A stretch of DNA of 64,000 nucleotides from Thermoleophilia bacterium (lineage in GTDB: Bacteria > Actinomycetota > Thermoleophilia > RBG-16-64-13). Where the stretch lies: the NCBI GenBank assembly GCA_050943595.1, contig JBMNPM010000007.1, positions 6,288-70,287 on the forward strand, read 5' to 3'. Within the stretch, counting starts at the first letter, position 1. Every line of letters starts with the position of its first letter. The notes under the pieces were generated by a model. That model was given only the letters and a program-made list of their open reading frames with translations. It was not told where the DNA came from and ran no database searches. Below, piece by piece: positions 30,735 to 39,665 of the stretch. The position numbers and the translations under genes were made by a program.

Positions 30735-30915
30735 GCCGGTCTTCGGGCTTGTAGGCAGATCCGTCGTGAGACGAGGGGTTCTACTGGTCATCGCTTCCCA
30801 GCCCTAGTTGAGCCAGTGCTTAACTGATGACTTTCGTTCCTACTTACCGCTGCGGGGCAGCTCCGGAATTGCACCGGATTCCCGTGTGAATTGTGAAGCG
30901 TAGGCCACAAATCAC
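30735..30915 (-). ncRNA. Candidate cobalamin riboswitch (divergent variant) in the nrdD 5' leader.
   Basis: Minus-strand transcript contains GGGAAUCCGGUGCAAUUCCGGAGCUGCCCCGCAGCGGUAA (the GGGAA..CGGUG.AA.UCCG...CCCGC...GUAA core), AGCACUGG (B12-box-like), GGGAAGCG and CGGAUCUGCCUAC. A possible anti-RBS (GCCUUCC) lies before the GGAGAAGG RBS. Confidence 0.5.
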
Positions 30916-31178
30916 GCCGACAGCCATTACAGTTTATCCAGGCAAAGGGAGGGCAGTCAAGTATCGGAGGGCGGTTCGAAAAGCGGTCAAGTATCCGTTG
31001 TGGGGAATCCGTTATGGGAGATGCTCAGGCCGGCAACCCTTAGGCGACGCCGTCGGCCTCCACGCGCAACGGCGATCAACACGCATTGGAACAATTCGTC
31101 GCGCTCCGTCGCGCTCGTCAGGTGAGAGGGTTTGAGTAGCCGGGGAAGGCTCAGCTAGAAACAAATCTTGGAGAGTAA

Positions 31179-34100
31179 TTAGTTAGGGCTCCTATATGCT
31201 TCTTTATCAAGGAATTCTTCCAGCGCTTCTGGTAACAGAGGCCTTGAAAAATAGTACCCTTGTATTTCATCGCAAGCTATGTTTCTCAGAAAATCCACCT
31301 GCTCCTTTGTTTCCACACCTTCTGCTGTAATATCCGCCATGAGAGTTCTGGCCAACGAAATAATTGTCTCCACTATAGCAGCTTTCTTTTCCTTTAAATA
31401 GATATCATCTATGATACTTTTATCTATCTTTATTCTGTCAAACGGTATCGATTCCAGCCTATGTAATGATGAGTACCCCTTACCAAAATCATCTAACGCA
31501 ATGCCTACTCCCAGCTCTTTTAGGCTAGATAGTTTTTCAATTACATCCTCAGGATGTTCAGAGAATACGCTTTCTGTAATCTCCAACTCAATATACTTTG
31601 GGTCTACACGATTTCTACCTATAATTTCTGCAAAATCAAGAATGAGATCTTCTACTTGTAGTTGCACAATAGACAGGTTTACAGAAAAACGAAGAGGTGG
31701 AAATCCTCTTAAAATAAGTCTCTTGTGCTCTTGTAGTGTCTGCTCAAACACCCAGAGCCCCACATCATAAATCAATCCAGTTTGCTCTAGTATGGATATA
31801 AATCTATCCGGTGATACTCTTTTATTCCCATCAATAGTCCATCTGAGTAAGGCTTCAGCCCCGACGGTTTTTCCTGTGTCACAACTAACCTGAGGCTGAA
31901 ACTCCAGAAAAAACTCTTTATTCTGCAGTGACCGGAAAAGCCGGTTTGTGAAAAGAGTATTTTCAGCAATATGCTCTTCCAATTTCTTACTATAGAAAAC
32001 AATATCTTTACTCGTATTTTTCGCTTGAAATCCTGCCATGTCGGCATTCTTCAAAAGAGTATATGCATCCTTTCCATCATCTGGATACACAGATATACCT
32101 ATGTGGATAACAGCAAAGAGTGCTTCTACTCCTGTGTCCGCAACTACGGGATGAGAGAAAGAATCAATCAGAGTCTGTGCGCAATTCTCTACCTGCTTAG
32201 TATCTTCTACAGTAGGCAGAACAATAGCAAACTCTCCTTCAGATGACCGTGAGATATCGCAACATTCCTCCAGTAGATTCTCGATCATTGTTGCAGATTT
32301 TATTACTATCTGCTCACCTATACTATGACCAAAGGTATCTTTGATAATCCTCAGATTATCTATTTCAATACTTAATACTGCTAATTTTCCTGAATCTCTT
32401 CTGCTATATATTCTTTGATCCAGTACCTGTATCAACCTATTCTTATTTGCCAATTTTGTATCTTCATCGAAATAAGCAAAATTATACAGTTTTTCTTCAT
32501 CTAGGATCTTTCTCTTCGCATCTCCCAGTATGTTCGCTATAAGGCTTAAGAAGTATGCTTGACTCTCTCTGAGCTTTTCGTCAATCTTACTATACTGTTC
32601 AACGACAAGCACTCCTATTATATTTTCATCAAGCTCTATTGGCAACATATAATAGGAATTTATTCCTCTTGATGTGAAGAATTTTCCTTCATCCCCATCT
32701 TCATCAACGAAAACATTTTTGATGTCTTCGCATGATATAGGTTGTTTATGCTCAATCATAGATTCAACCGTGGGGAAAGCCGCAGCTTCAACCTTCACAC
32801 CCGGGGGGAAAGGAAGTGATTTAGTAGATCCATCCGCCGTATACGCATCAATAATCATTGCATATTCGTAATCCCAACCTAACTCAACCAAATATATTTG
32901 ATCAATTTTAAGTATTTCAGCAGTTGATTTTAGCATTCCACTGATTTTTGCTTTTATATTTTCATTATCAACCGAAATAAAGGAGCTTGAAATTTTTTCA
33001 AGCACTTCGTGTTCTTTCGCAAATCTTTGATATCCTTTTAACTTTGAATCATATTCAGTTGTCAAATATCGGACAAGAACATAAGAAAGTACAACAATAA
33101 CTATTCTTTTCAGATACTGAGTATCATCGATAACGGTATAAGCTTTCGGATGAGTTATCCAAAGAATAACTTGACTTATCAGAGTTATTCCTAAAAAGAG
33201 TAGTGTGTGGATTCTGCTATTAAGAATAATTGTATATAAAAGAAACACTACATATACTGCCCATATTGTTACTCCTCCAATATCAGCATCTCTAATTATG
33301 AAAAAAGACATGCCAACTATGCTTACTACAAGGAATAGAGTGTTCTGAATGTTGTCTTTTGCTGATATATAAGGTATAAATATTAAAAATGCACCTATAA
33401 CTATCACAGTCAAAGCGAGTGGAAGTTCATTTGCCAAACTCCCACTCGCAGTAAAGTATCCTAAAAAGAAGGACCCTGCCCCACCTGCCATAAATATTAC
33501 TGCTGCCGTCTGAAACAAACGCAATCGGCCTTTTTCTAGAGCAATGGTGGAGCCCATAGGCGAATATGTTGCCCTGGGTTTTTCAATAATAAAGCCGAAT
33601 TTCTTCAAGGTTTGAAATAAGACTATTGTGGGAAAGATTAAAAGTATAAGCGTAATTCTAGGAGTTTGGTATAACCCCAATGCACCGGGTAAAATATCAT
33701 TTATTGTTCCCACAACGAGGGGAAGCATTATGGCTATTAAAAAGTACTGCACTTGTCGCTTCATAGGGTTTTGAGGATCAAGTTTTTTCCACCAACGAAT
33801 AATTAATATAACCGCAGCGACTGTATATACAATGTAGTAAAAATTAATCCATATTTGCCCAATATTTGCGGGAAGAGAATTTCTCCATCCAAAATCGCTC
33901 GGTACCATTTCATATTGGTTCTCTGCTAAATACCCAAAGGGTGCAAACAGGAATATATTTATGAAAGTGGGAAAATAGACAATTATAAAGTTTTTAAAAT
34001 TGTTTACTTGATGTTTATTATTTGTTAGTATCAACGCAAAGTGAAGTAACAGGTTGTGGAAGATTCCCCATCCAAAAACAGAGAGGCACCTCCAAAAAGC

Positions 34101-34292
34101 ACTCGATTCCGCCGTCATTGCTGAGTTTGAAATAGAGTACGTGAATGCCCAAATTGCCATTGAGCTTGTTAATAACATAAATAGCCTATTGGTACTGCTT
34201 TTTATGTTGGAAACTATAGCATAGGGACCAAAGAGCATGTAAAAACAAGCGCAAGCATAGTACACAGCAGACATAATTAAGCTGTATTTCAT
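31179..34292 (-). CDS. Multi-TM sensor - GAF - degenerate GGDEF (SEGEF) - EAL c-di-GMP phosphodiesterase.
   Basis: ~12 TM N-terminal region, GAF-like segment, GGDEF-like domain with degenerate motif, intact EAL (EAL, DDFG(K/T)GYSS, QGY). Extremely AT-rich (~33% GC). Confidence 0.8.
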   Translation of the reverse strand: MKYSLIMSAVYYACACFYMLFGPYAIVSNIKSSTNRLFMLLTSSMAIWAFTYSISNSAMTAESSAFWRCLSVFGWGIFHNLLLHFALILTNNKHQVNNFKNFIIVYFPTFINIFLFAPFGYLAENQYEMVPSDFGWRNSLPANIGQIWINFYYIVYTVAAVILIIRWWKKLDPQNPMKRQVQYFLIAIMLPLVVGTINDILPGALGLYQTPRITLILLIFPTIVLFQTLKKFGFIIEKPRATYSPMGSTIALEKGRLRLFQTAAVIFMAGGAGSFFLGYFTASGSLANELPLALTVIVIGAFLIFIPYISAKDNIQNTLFLVVSIVGMSFFIIRDADIGGVTIWAVYVVFLLYTIILNSRIHTLLFLGITLISQVILWITHPKAYTVIDDTQYLKRIVIVVLSYVLVRYLTTEYDSKLKGYQRFAKEHEVLEKISSSFISVDNENIKAKISGMLKSTAEILKIDQIYLVELGWDYEYAMIIDAYTADGSTKSLPFPPGVKVEAAAFPTVESMIEHKQPISCEDIKNVFVDEDGDEGKFFTSRGINSYYMLPIELDENIIGVLVVEQYSKIDEKLRESQAYFLSLIANILGDAKRKILDEEKLYNFAYFDEDTKLANKNRLIQVLDQRIYSRRDSGKLAVLSIEIDNLRIIKDTFGHSIGEQIVIKSATMIENLLEECCDISRSSEGEFAIVLPTVEDTKQVENCAQTLIDSFSHPVVADTGVEALFAVIHIGISVYPDDGKDAYTLLKNADMAGFQAKNTSKDIVFYSKKLEEHIAENTLFTNRLFRSLQNKEFFLEFQPQVSCDTGKTVGAEALLRWTIDGNKRVSPDRFISILEQTGLIYDVGLWVFEQTLQEHKRLILRGFPPLRFSVNLSIVQLQVEDLILDFAEIIGRNRVDPKYIELEITESVFSEHPEDVIEKLSSLKELGVGIALDDFGKGYSSLHRLESIPFDRIKIDKSIIDDIYLKEKKAAIVETIISLARTLMADITAEGVETKEQVDFLRNIACDEIQGYYFSRPLLPEALEEFLDKEAYRSPN

Positions 34293-34519
34293 AAGTTCAT
34301 CTCTAAAGAATAAGGAGCCTGAACTACTAAAGAAGGATCACGTCCCGGCAAGTAGAGTGGAGGCTGTGGCGATGAACGATGCAGGCTGGAAGGGGTATTC
34401 CCTCCCAGGAGACTTTCAGTTTCCTCGTTTGAGGTCTCCCCCTTTGGTTCATATCGAAACCGGCTCCACCCTGAGCTTTCGCAGGCACAGCAGGTCGAAG
34501 GCAGAGTAGCTTCAGGTGA

Positions 34520-34900
34520 AGATGGCCTTAACCCGGGTATGCCCGGATGACGCAGCCCGTGTAGTTCGCCCCAGCCCTTCATCCAGCCAAAGGGCTGCTC
34601 CACCGGCCTACGTGAGTGCCGGCAGAGGAGGTGCTCACGAGAGAGGAGTCGACGGGGCTCGGCCCGGCCGCGCACGCACTCAAAGAACACCTCCGTCACC
34701 TCCCTACAGAACAACCGATCTCGATTGCGGCTGAAGGTGAAGATATGGCCCCACTCGGCACAGAGGTTGCCACGCAGAGGGCTCATCGCAGACAGCGCCT
34801 GGTTCACCATACGACGGATGAAGCGTAGCGGGTAGTCGGCCGGCACCCGATCATCGAGCGAAGCCAGCATGACCATGTTCTCCTGCCACCCTCCATCTCC
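34520..34900 (-). mobile_element. N-terminal remnant of an IS5/IS1182-family transposase (DUF772 region), internally deleted.
   Basis: DRVPADYPLRFIRRMVNQ...WGHIFTFSRNRDRLFCREVTEVFFECV resembles the InsH N-terminal domain (DHSTFSKNRDRL...FFAEV). No DDE domain. Lies between the two AT-rich GGDEF genes. Confidence 0.45.
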
Positions 34901-35241
34901 CCGCATCGCACTCTCCTTAGCCGTGATATGCAAAGAAAAGGCTATTTGAAGAGATATTCTACCCTGAACACCCCTCATAGGAGACAAGGGGGCCGGCGCA
35001 AATGATTTTCTACTAAAGCCAGGATGGCCCAGGAGCAAGCGGATTAACCCGGGACCATTGCACAGGTGGGAAGAGACGGGTGCAACTCAGATGCTGGACA
35101 CAAGAAGACGTAGACACAAGGGTGGGAGTGTGTTGGTGCTCGCCGCGAGCGTGATCGTGGTGCTAGTGCGACGCGCCGGCCCCAACCATAGTGAGGATCA
35201 AAGGCGACAAACTTACCAGCATTACTATGCTATCGACATAT

Positions 35242-36393
35242 CTAACGATATATCACCCTGTCTCTCCCCTCTCCTTTAGCCAAATAGAGGTTTGTGTCCG
35301 CAGCTTCCAGAAATTCAGAGTAAGAGATGCCCTTTACATAACTACTGAGTCCACCGGAAAGTGTTACCGGCTTACCGTGGCTCCATGCATGCGCCCTCAC
35401 CCGATCGCAAAGTGCCTGCACTATGGGCAGTGCTTCCATCGCAGTTTTGCCCGGCGAAAGCACCACAAACTCCTCTCCGCCATATCGACCGAAGATCTCT
35501 TCTTCTGTCAGACTGTCCCTCATGATCTGCGCAATATTGATTAGAACATTGTCACCATACTCGTGCCCATATGTATCATTTATTTCCTTAAAATAGTCGA
35601 TATCCAATATGCAAACCGTCAATTGCGATCCCGTATCGTACGACCGGCGCATTTCCTCGTCGATGCTCGCTGATAAGAAGCGGCGATTGTATAGGCCGGT
35701 CAGGGCATCGGTCTGTGAGATATGCTCCAAGCGGTTTACCAATCTCATCTTTTCATTATGCAACTTCGTATACGCATTCATAACCCTGTAAACTAAAATA
35801 GAACTAACCACTATACACATGGCATAGGTAAACACCAGATCCTCAAACTGTTCTTCACGGCCGGAATACGGTATAATGATATCCGGATAATGATATTCCA
35901 GCACGACAAATACAATCGACATTATCGATAATGCAGACAGCATACCAATGCGTACTGCTCCTTTGAAAACGAAAGCTACGCACAAAGCTCCCACGAGCAG
36001 TACAGGACCAGTGGAGCCGGTCGCCCCACCAATCGTGAACCATAGAAAAGGAATCAGAAGAAAAACAGAGGAGCCTACAACAATAAGGGCAGATCTATAC
36101 CAGCGCTTTGTGACTATACTATATATAGCGCATGAGATGTTCATCAAGATGTACAACACGTATACCGGCAATATAAGTATGCCTAGATCATTCAATATAT
36201 TATAGCCGATTCCGATCATGACCATAAGAAGACCGGCAGCGGCAGTGTATAGAAAAATATTGTGCTCTAGAGGCAAATCTTTAGTGTCAAAAAACTGAAG
36301 AACTCTTTTAAGCAAACTCATCCTTGTTGTTTTTACGGCGGTATTTTCTTCATTATCAGGTGCTCTCTTTAAGTTAGCTTGTAATAACATCAC
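35242..36393 (-). CDS. Membrane (6-7 TM) sensor diguanylate cyclase (GGDEF, motif GGEEF, no I-site).
   Basis: TM N-terminal half, then TDALTGLYNRR...GRYGGEEFVVL. AT-rich (~38% GC). Confidence 0.8.
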   Translation of the reverse strand: MMLLQANLKRAPDNEENTAVKTTRMSLLKRVLQFFDTKDLPLEHNIFLYTAAAGLLMVMIGIGYNILNDLGILILPVYVLYILMNISCAIYSIVTKRWYRSALIVVGSSVFLLIPFLWFTIGGATGSTGPVLLVGALCVAFVFKGAVRIGMLSALSIMSIVFVVLEYHYPDIIIPYSGREEQFEDLVFTYAMCIVVSSILVYRVMNAYTKLHNEKMRLVNRLEHISQTDALTGLYNRRFLSASIDEEMRRSYDTGSQLTVCILDIDYFKEINDTYGHEYGDNVLINIAQIMRDSLTEEEIFGRYGGEEFVVLSPGKTAMEALPIVQALCDRVRAHAWSHGKPVTLSGGLSSYVKGISYSEFLEAADTNLYLAKGEGRDRVIYR

Positions 36394-36680
36394 TTCTCCA
36401 TTGTCAAGATCACTTTCCTTAGGAAAAGGGGCAACAGCCGGTGGTCATTATCTTACTATCTGAACTGTCTTGGATTCAGTGGAGAATCATATAAGTAGCC
36501 GCATTCATTAAGACAATACAAGCAGATTCTTGCGTGGTGATCTGCTCGCAAGACGGATTGGTATTCCGATCTTAGTACATCTAGACAGAACTCACTCGAG
36601 GCTCGCTTGTTGAGCCCCTGGTGTCTATTCCACACGGTGTAGAAATCGAAGCGGGGCGGAAGTTCTCGACAGACCTCAGT

Positions 36681-36830
36681 GATGTTCTCGCTTCCCTTAA
36701 GATGCACTCCCTCGTACTCCACGCTTATCCACGCTTATCCACGCTTCTCGATGCTTTTCTACGCTTCTCGACGATTATCCACGATTCTCGACGATTATCA
36801 ACGGTTGTCGTTCGACAAATATATTGTCGA
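36681..36830. repeat. Array of ~12 head-to-tail decamers (NACGNTTNTC), including 4 DnaA-box-like 9-mers TTATCCACG/TTATCAACG, followed by an AT-rich near-palindrome.
   Basis: TTATCCACG at 36725, 36735, 36775; TTATCAACG at 36805; related TTCTCGACG/TTTTCTACG units at 10-bp phasing. Then GACAAATATATTGTCGATATTGTC. Confidence 0.6.
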
Positions 36831-37050
36831 TATTGTCGTCATCATTCGATGAAAACATTATCGGCCCGGAGCCCAAGTCGTCCATGCTGGTGGCGATGTC
36901 GCGAGAGTGGAGAGATCGGTTAAGTCCTCAGGGGTGGATAAGAGGTGGAGCGATGTGTCAGCGTCCTATGCTGGAAGACGCGCCCCTTGGGCGGCACTTA
37001 TCCGGCATAATACGGTGTAGTGGGCGCACGTAGCCTTCAAGGGAGGACCA

Positions 37051-37629
37051 ATGGTCAAGAAGAACATTGGCAAGAATTTCGATATCTGCCCGATGCCCGT
37101 AGTCATAGTGGGCACGCTCGTCGACGACAAACCAAACTTCATGACGGTCGCCTGGATCACCAAGCTCAGTTTCAACCCGCCCCTAGTGGGCATCTCGGTG
37201 GGCGCCAAGCAGCACTCCGTCAAAGGCATTCGCCAGAACGGAGAGTTCAGCGTGAACTACCCTAGCGTGAACGAAATGGAGTTGGCCGACTACTGCGGGC
37301 TCGTACACGGGTACGATGAGGACAAGACCGGCCACATCGACATCTTCCAAGGAACCCTCACCCACGCGCCTATGGTGCGCCAATGCCCTGTCAACCTGGA
37401 ATGCCGTCTCATACAGACCGTCGACCTAGGCGAGCAGTTCTTCTTCATCGGTGAGGTGGCCCACATGTATGCCAGTGAAAGGATCCTCAGCGACGACCAG
37501 GTGGACCTGGCCAAGTTCAGTCCATTCGTGCTGACCATGCCGGGTAACTCCTATCGGCCATTGGGCGAGCACATCGGTGATGCTTGGAGCATCGGCCGAA
37601 AACTCATGGAACAGCCTGCTGATTCATGA
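37051..37629 (+). CDS. Flavin reductase-like domain protein (FMN-binding split barrel).
   Basis: PF01613-like pattern (ICPMPVVIVGT...FMTVAWIT...VGISV). AAGGGAGG RBS. Confidence 0.65.
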   Translation: MVKKNIGKNFDICPMPVVIVGTLVDDKPNFMTVAWITKLSFNPPLVGISVGAKQHSVKGIRQNGEFSVNYPSVNEMELADYCGLVHGYDEDKTGHIDIFQGTLTHAPMVRQCPVNLECRLIQTVDLGEQFFFIGEVAHMYASERILSDDQVDLAKFSPFVLTMPGNSYRPLGEHIGDAWSIGRKLMEQPADS

Positions 37630-37759
37630 GTTGGCTCGGAAACTAACGTAACAGCGCGACCCGCACACAGATGATGTTGACAGGCTGAGGTGAAGCCGCG
37701 CACGGGCACGGCTTCACCTCAGCCATAGGCGCAGCTCGTCGCTCACGAGAAGAGAGACA

Positions 37760-38644
37760 TCACCACCCACGATGCTGGACAAGATCCTCACGCTGCAGAG
37801 AGCCGATCTCCAGGCCTGGCATGGCCTCCCCCAATCCGCGCGACACACGGGCCAGGATGCTGGGGTCCTGATAGTGGGTAGTAGCCTCAACGATGGCCTT
37901 AGCCCGTTGCTTGGGATCTGCACTTTTGAAGATTCCTGAACCGACGAAGATACCGTCGGCACCCAACTGCATCATGAGCGCTGCATCCGCAGGCGTGGCT
38001 ATCCCTCCGGCCGAGAAATTGACCACAGGTAGTCTCCCATTTTTGGCCACCCAGGCGACCAGTTCGTAGGGGGCCTGCATGTCTTTGGCCGCCCGGAAGA
38101 GCTCGTCCTCATCCATACCGGCCAAAGCGCGGACTTGGTCTGTAATGGCCCGCATGTGTCGGACCGCCTCGACCACGTTGCCGGTGCCCGCCTCTCCCTT
38201 GGTGCGGACCATGGCGGCCCCCTCGGTGATCCGTCTCAGAGCCTCCCCCAGGTTGAGCGCTCCACAGACGAAGGGCACCTTGAATTTCCACTTATTGATG
38301 TGGTGAGCATCATCGGCCGGCGTGAGCACTTCGCTTTCGTCGATGTAGTCAACGTCCAGGGCCTCGAGTATCTGGGCCTCCACAAAGTGACCGATGCGTG
38401 CTTTGGCCATGACGGGGATGCCGACCGCCTGCCGGATCTCCACTATTTTCTCGGGGTCGGCCATACGCGCCACCCCACCTTCCTTACGTATGTCGGCCGG
38501 AACGCGCTCCAGCGCCATGACGGCGCAAGCGCCTGCTTCCTCAGCCAGACGCGCCTGATCAGCCGTGGTGACATCCATGATGACCCCGCCCTTGAGCATC
38601 TCCGCGAGGCCCATCTTGACTCTGGGTGTTCCCTCTTCTTTCAT
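37760..38644 (-). CDS. pdxS: Pyridoxal 5'-phosphate synthase lyase subunit PdxS.
   Basis: [41 protein letters not shown]... The PdxS sequence is highly conserved. No pdxT adjacent. Confidence 0.9.
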   Translation of the reverse strand: MKEEGTPRVKMGLAEMLKGGVIMDVTTADQARLAEEAGACAVMALERVPADIRKEGGVARMADPEKIVEIRQAVGIPVMAKARIGHFVEAQILEALDVDYIDESEVLTPADDAHHINKWKFKVPFVCGALNLGEALRRITEGAAMVRTKGEAGTGNVVEAVRHMRAITDQVRALAGMDEDELFRAAKDMQAPYELVAWVAKNGRLPVVNFSAGGIATPADAALMMQLGADGIFVGSGIFKSADPKQRAKAIVEATTHYQDPSILARVSRGLGEAMPGLEIGSLQREDLVQHRGW

Positions 38645-38711
38645 TGCCGCCCTTTCGCTTAACCTTTAGACGCATCGCTATCAATCTTGCAGATTGAAGG
38701 AGTGCGGCATC

Positions 38712-38736
38712 AAAAAAAGCGTCCATCAGGACGCCC
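38712..38736 (-). terminator. Intrinsic terminator 68 nt upstream of the pdxS start codon (leader attenuator?).
   Basis: Minus strand GGGCGUCC-UGAU-GGACGC followed by U7. Confidence 0.55.
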
Positions 38737-39260
38737 AAATGGTAGAGGTAGACTCGCTTCCCTCCGCTGGCATCACCCTGCTCAGAATCGCAGGATCAGT
38801 GGCCGGACCATACTCTTGACAACGGCGCTCCCAGCCGCAAGAACCTTACCACGCCTGCCGCGACGCTGCCACCTTACAATACCCCGCTGGCACCCGGTCG
38901 CGACCCCACGAGGAACGGCTGCCTTCACGCACCATCCCCGCAGCCCCTAGGGGGATTCCCGAAGAGCTGAGCCACCCCGAATCCTGCCACCAGGTACACC
39001 GATACAGCCGATACAGCCACAGGAGCTCCATGAATCAAGAACTTCTTGTCCGGTTTTGACTTCTCCGCACCACCGTCATGGGTCACACCCCACACCTTAC
39101 CTCCATACCCACGCGCCCCCTCTGTCCGGCAGGCTCACTTGTATCAGACGGTGACTTGTATCAGACGGTGGGGTATTCGGGCAGTCCACGCAGGGATAGA
39201 CCATAATGTCTATAGTTGATTGAGTCGCAACCAGATCCGAGGCACAGAAAAGGACAGGGC

Positions 39261-39644
39261 ATGCGCGGTCTTCTCACTCGCTGGGCAATCACCGCGGCAG
39301 CAGTGGCTGTGGCTGCCTGGCTGGTACCCGGCATCTACGTGGAAGAGCCTCACCGCATCTGGACGGTCGTGCTCGTGGCACTCGTTTTAGGCTTAGTCAA
39401 CGCCCTCATCCGTCCTTTCGTCTCCGTCTTGACGTGCGGTCTCACCGTACTGACACTTGGCCTATTCACACTGGTGATCAATGCTCTCATGCTCTGGCTG
39501 GCCTCGTGGATCGCCGCTGAGGGCCTAGGGCTGGGTTTCCATGTCGACGGCTTCTGGAACGCCCTGCTGGGCTCTATCATCATCAGCATCGTCTCTTTCA
39601 TCGCCAGCACCTTTGTACGCGACAGACACTCCAGGAGAAGGTGA
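39261..39644 (+). CDS. DUF360 / phage-holin-4_2 family 4-TM membrane protein (YvlD-like).
   Basis: Characteristic sequence (VVLVALVLGLVNALIRPF...LTLGLFTLVINALML). Start ATG 39261 with AAGGA RBS. Confidence 0.65.
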   Translation: MRGLLTRWAITAAAVAVAAWLVPGIYVEEPHRIWTVVLVALVLGLVNALIRPFVSVLTCGLTVLTLGLFTLVINALMLWLASWIAAEGLGLGFHVDGFWNALLGSIIISIVSFIASTFVRDRHSRRR

Positions 39645-39665
39645 CCGCTGCAGAAGTGCGACCTC

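Noticed and set aside
30893-31135. 80-aa ORF with internal repeat AVKYRRAVRKAVKY
   Set aside because: The repeat is the translation of two non-coding direct repeats (CGGATACTTGACxGC) in the nrdD promoter/leader on the opposite strand. It has no RBS and lies inside the riboswitch-containing leader.
36715-36830. Tandem short repeats considered as a CRISPR array
   Set aside because: Units are 10 bp with no spacers and there are no cas genes. Periodicity and sequence fit DnaA-box-like iterons instead.
38742-39100. pdxS leader as RNase P RNA, tmRNA, SRP RNA or T-box
   Set aside because: Conserved signatures are not present (RNase P AGGAAAGUCCGGGC, tmRNA tRNA-like ends, SRP GGAA/AGCAG apical loop). 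The T-box-like 14-mer is only approximate. It is left as an unclassified leader.
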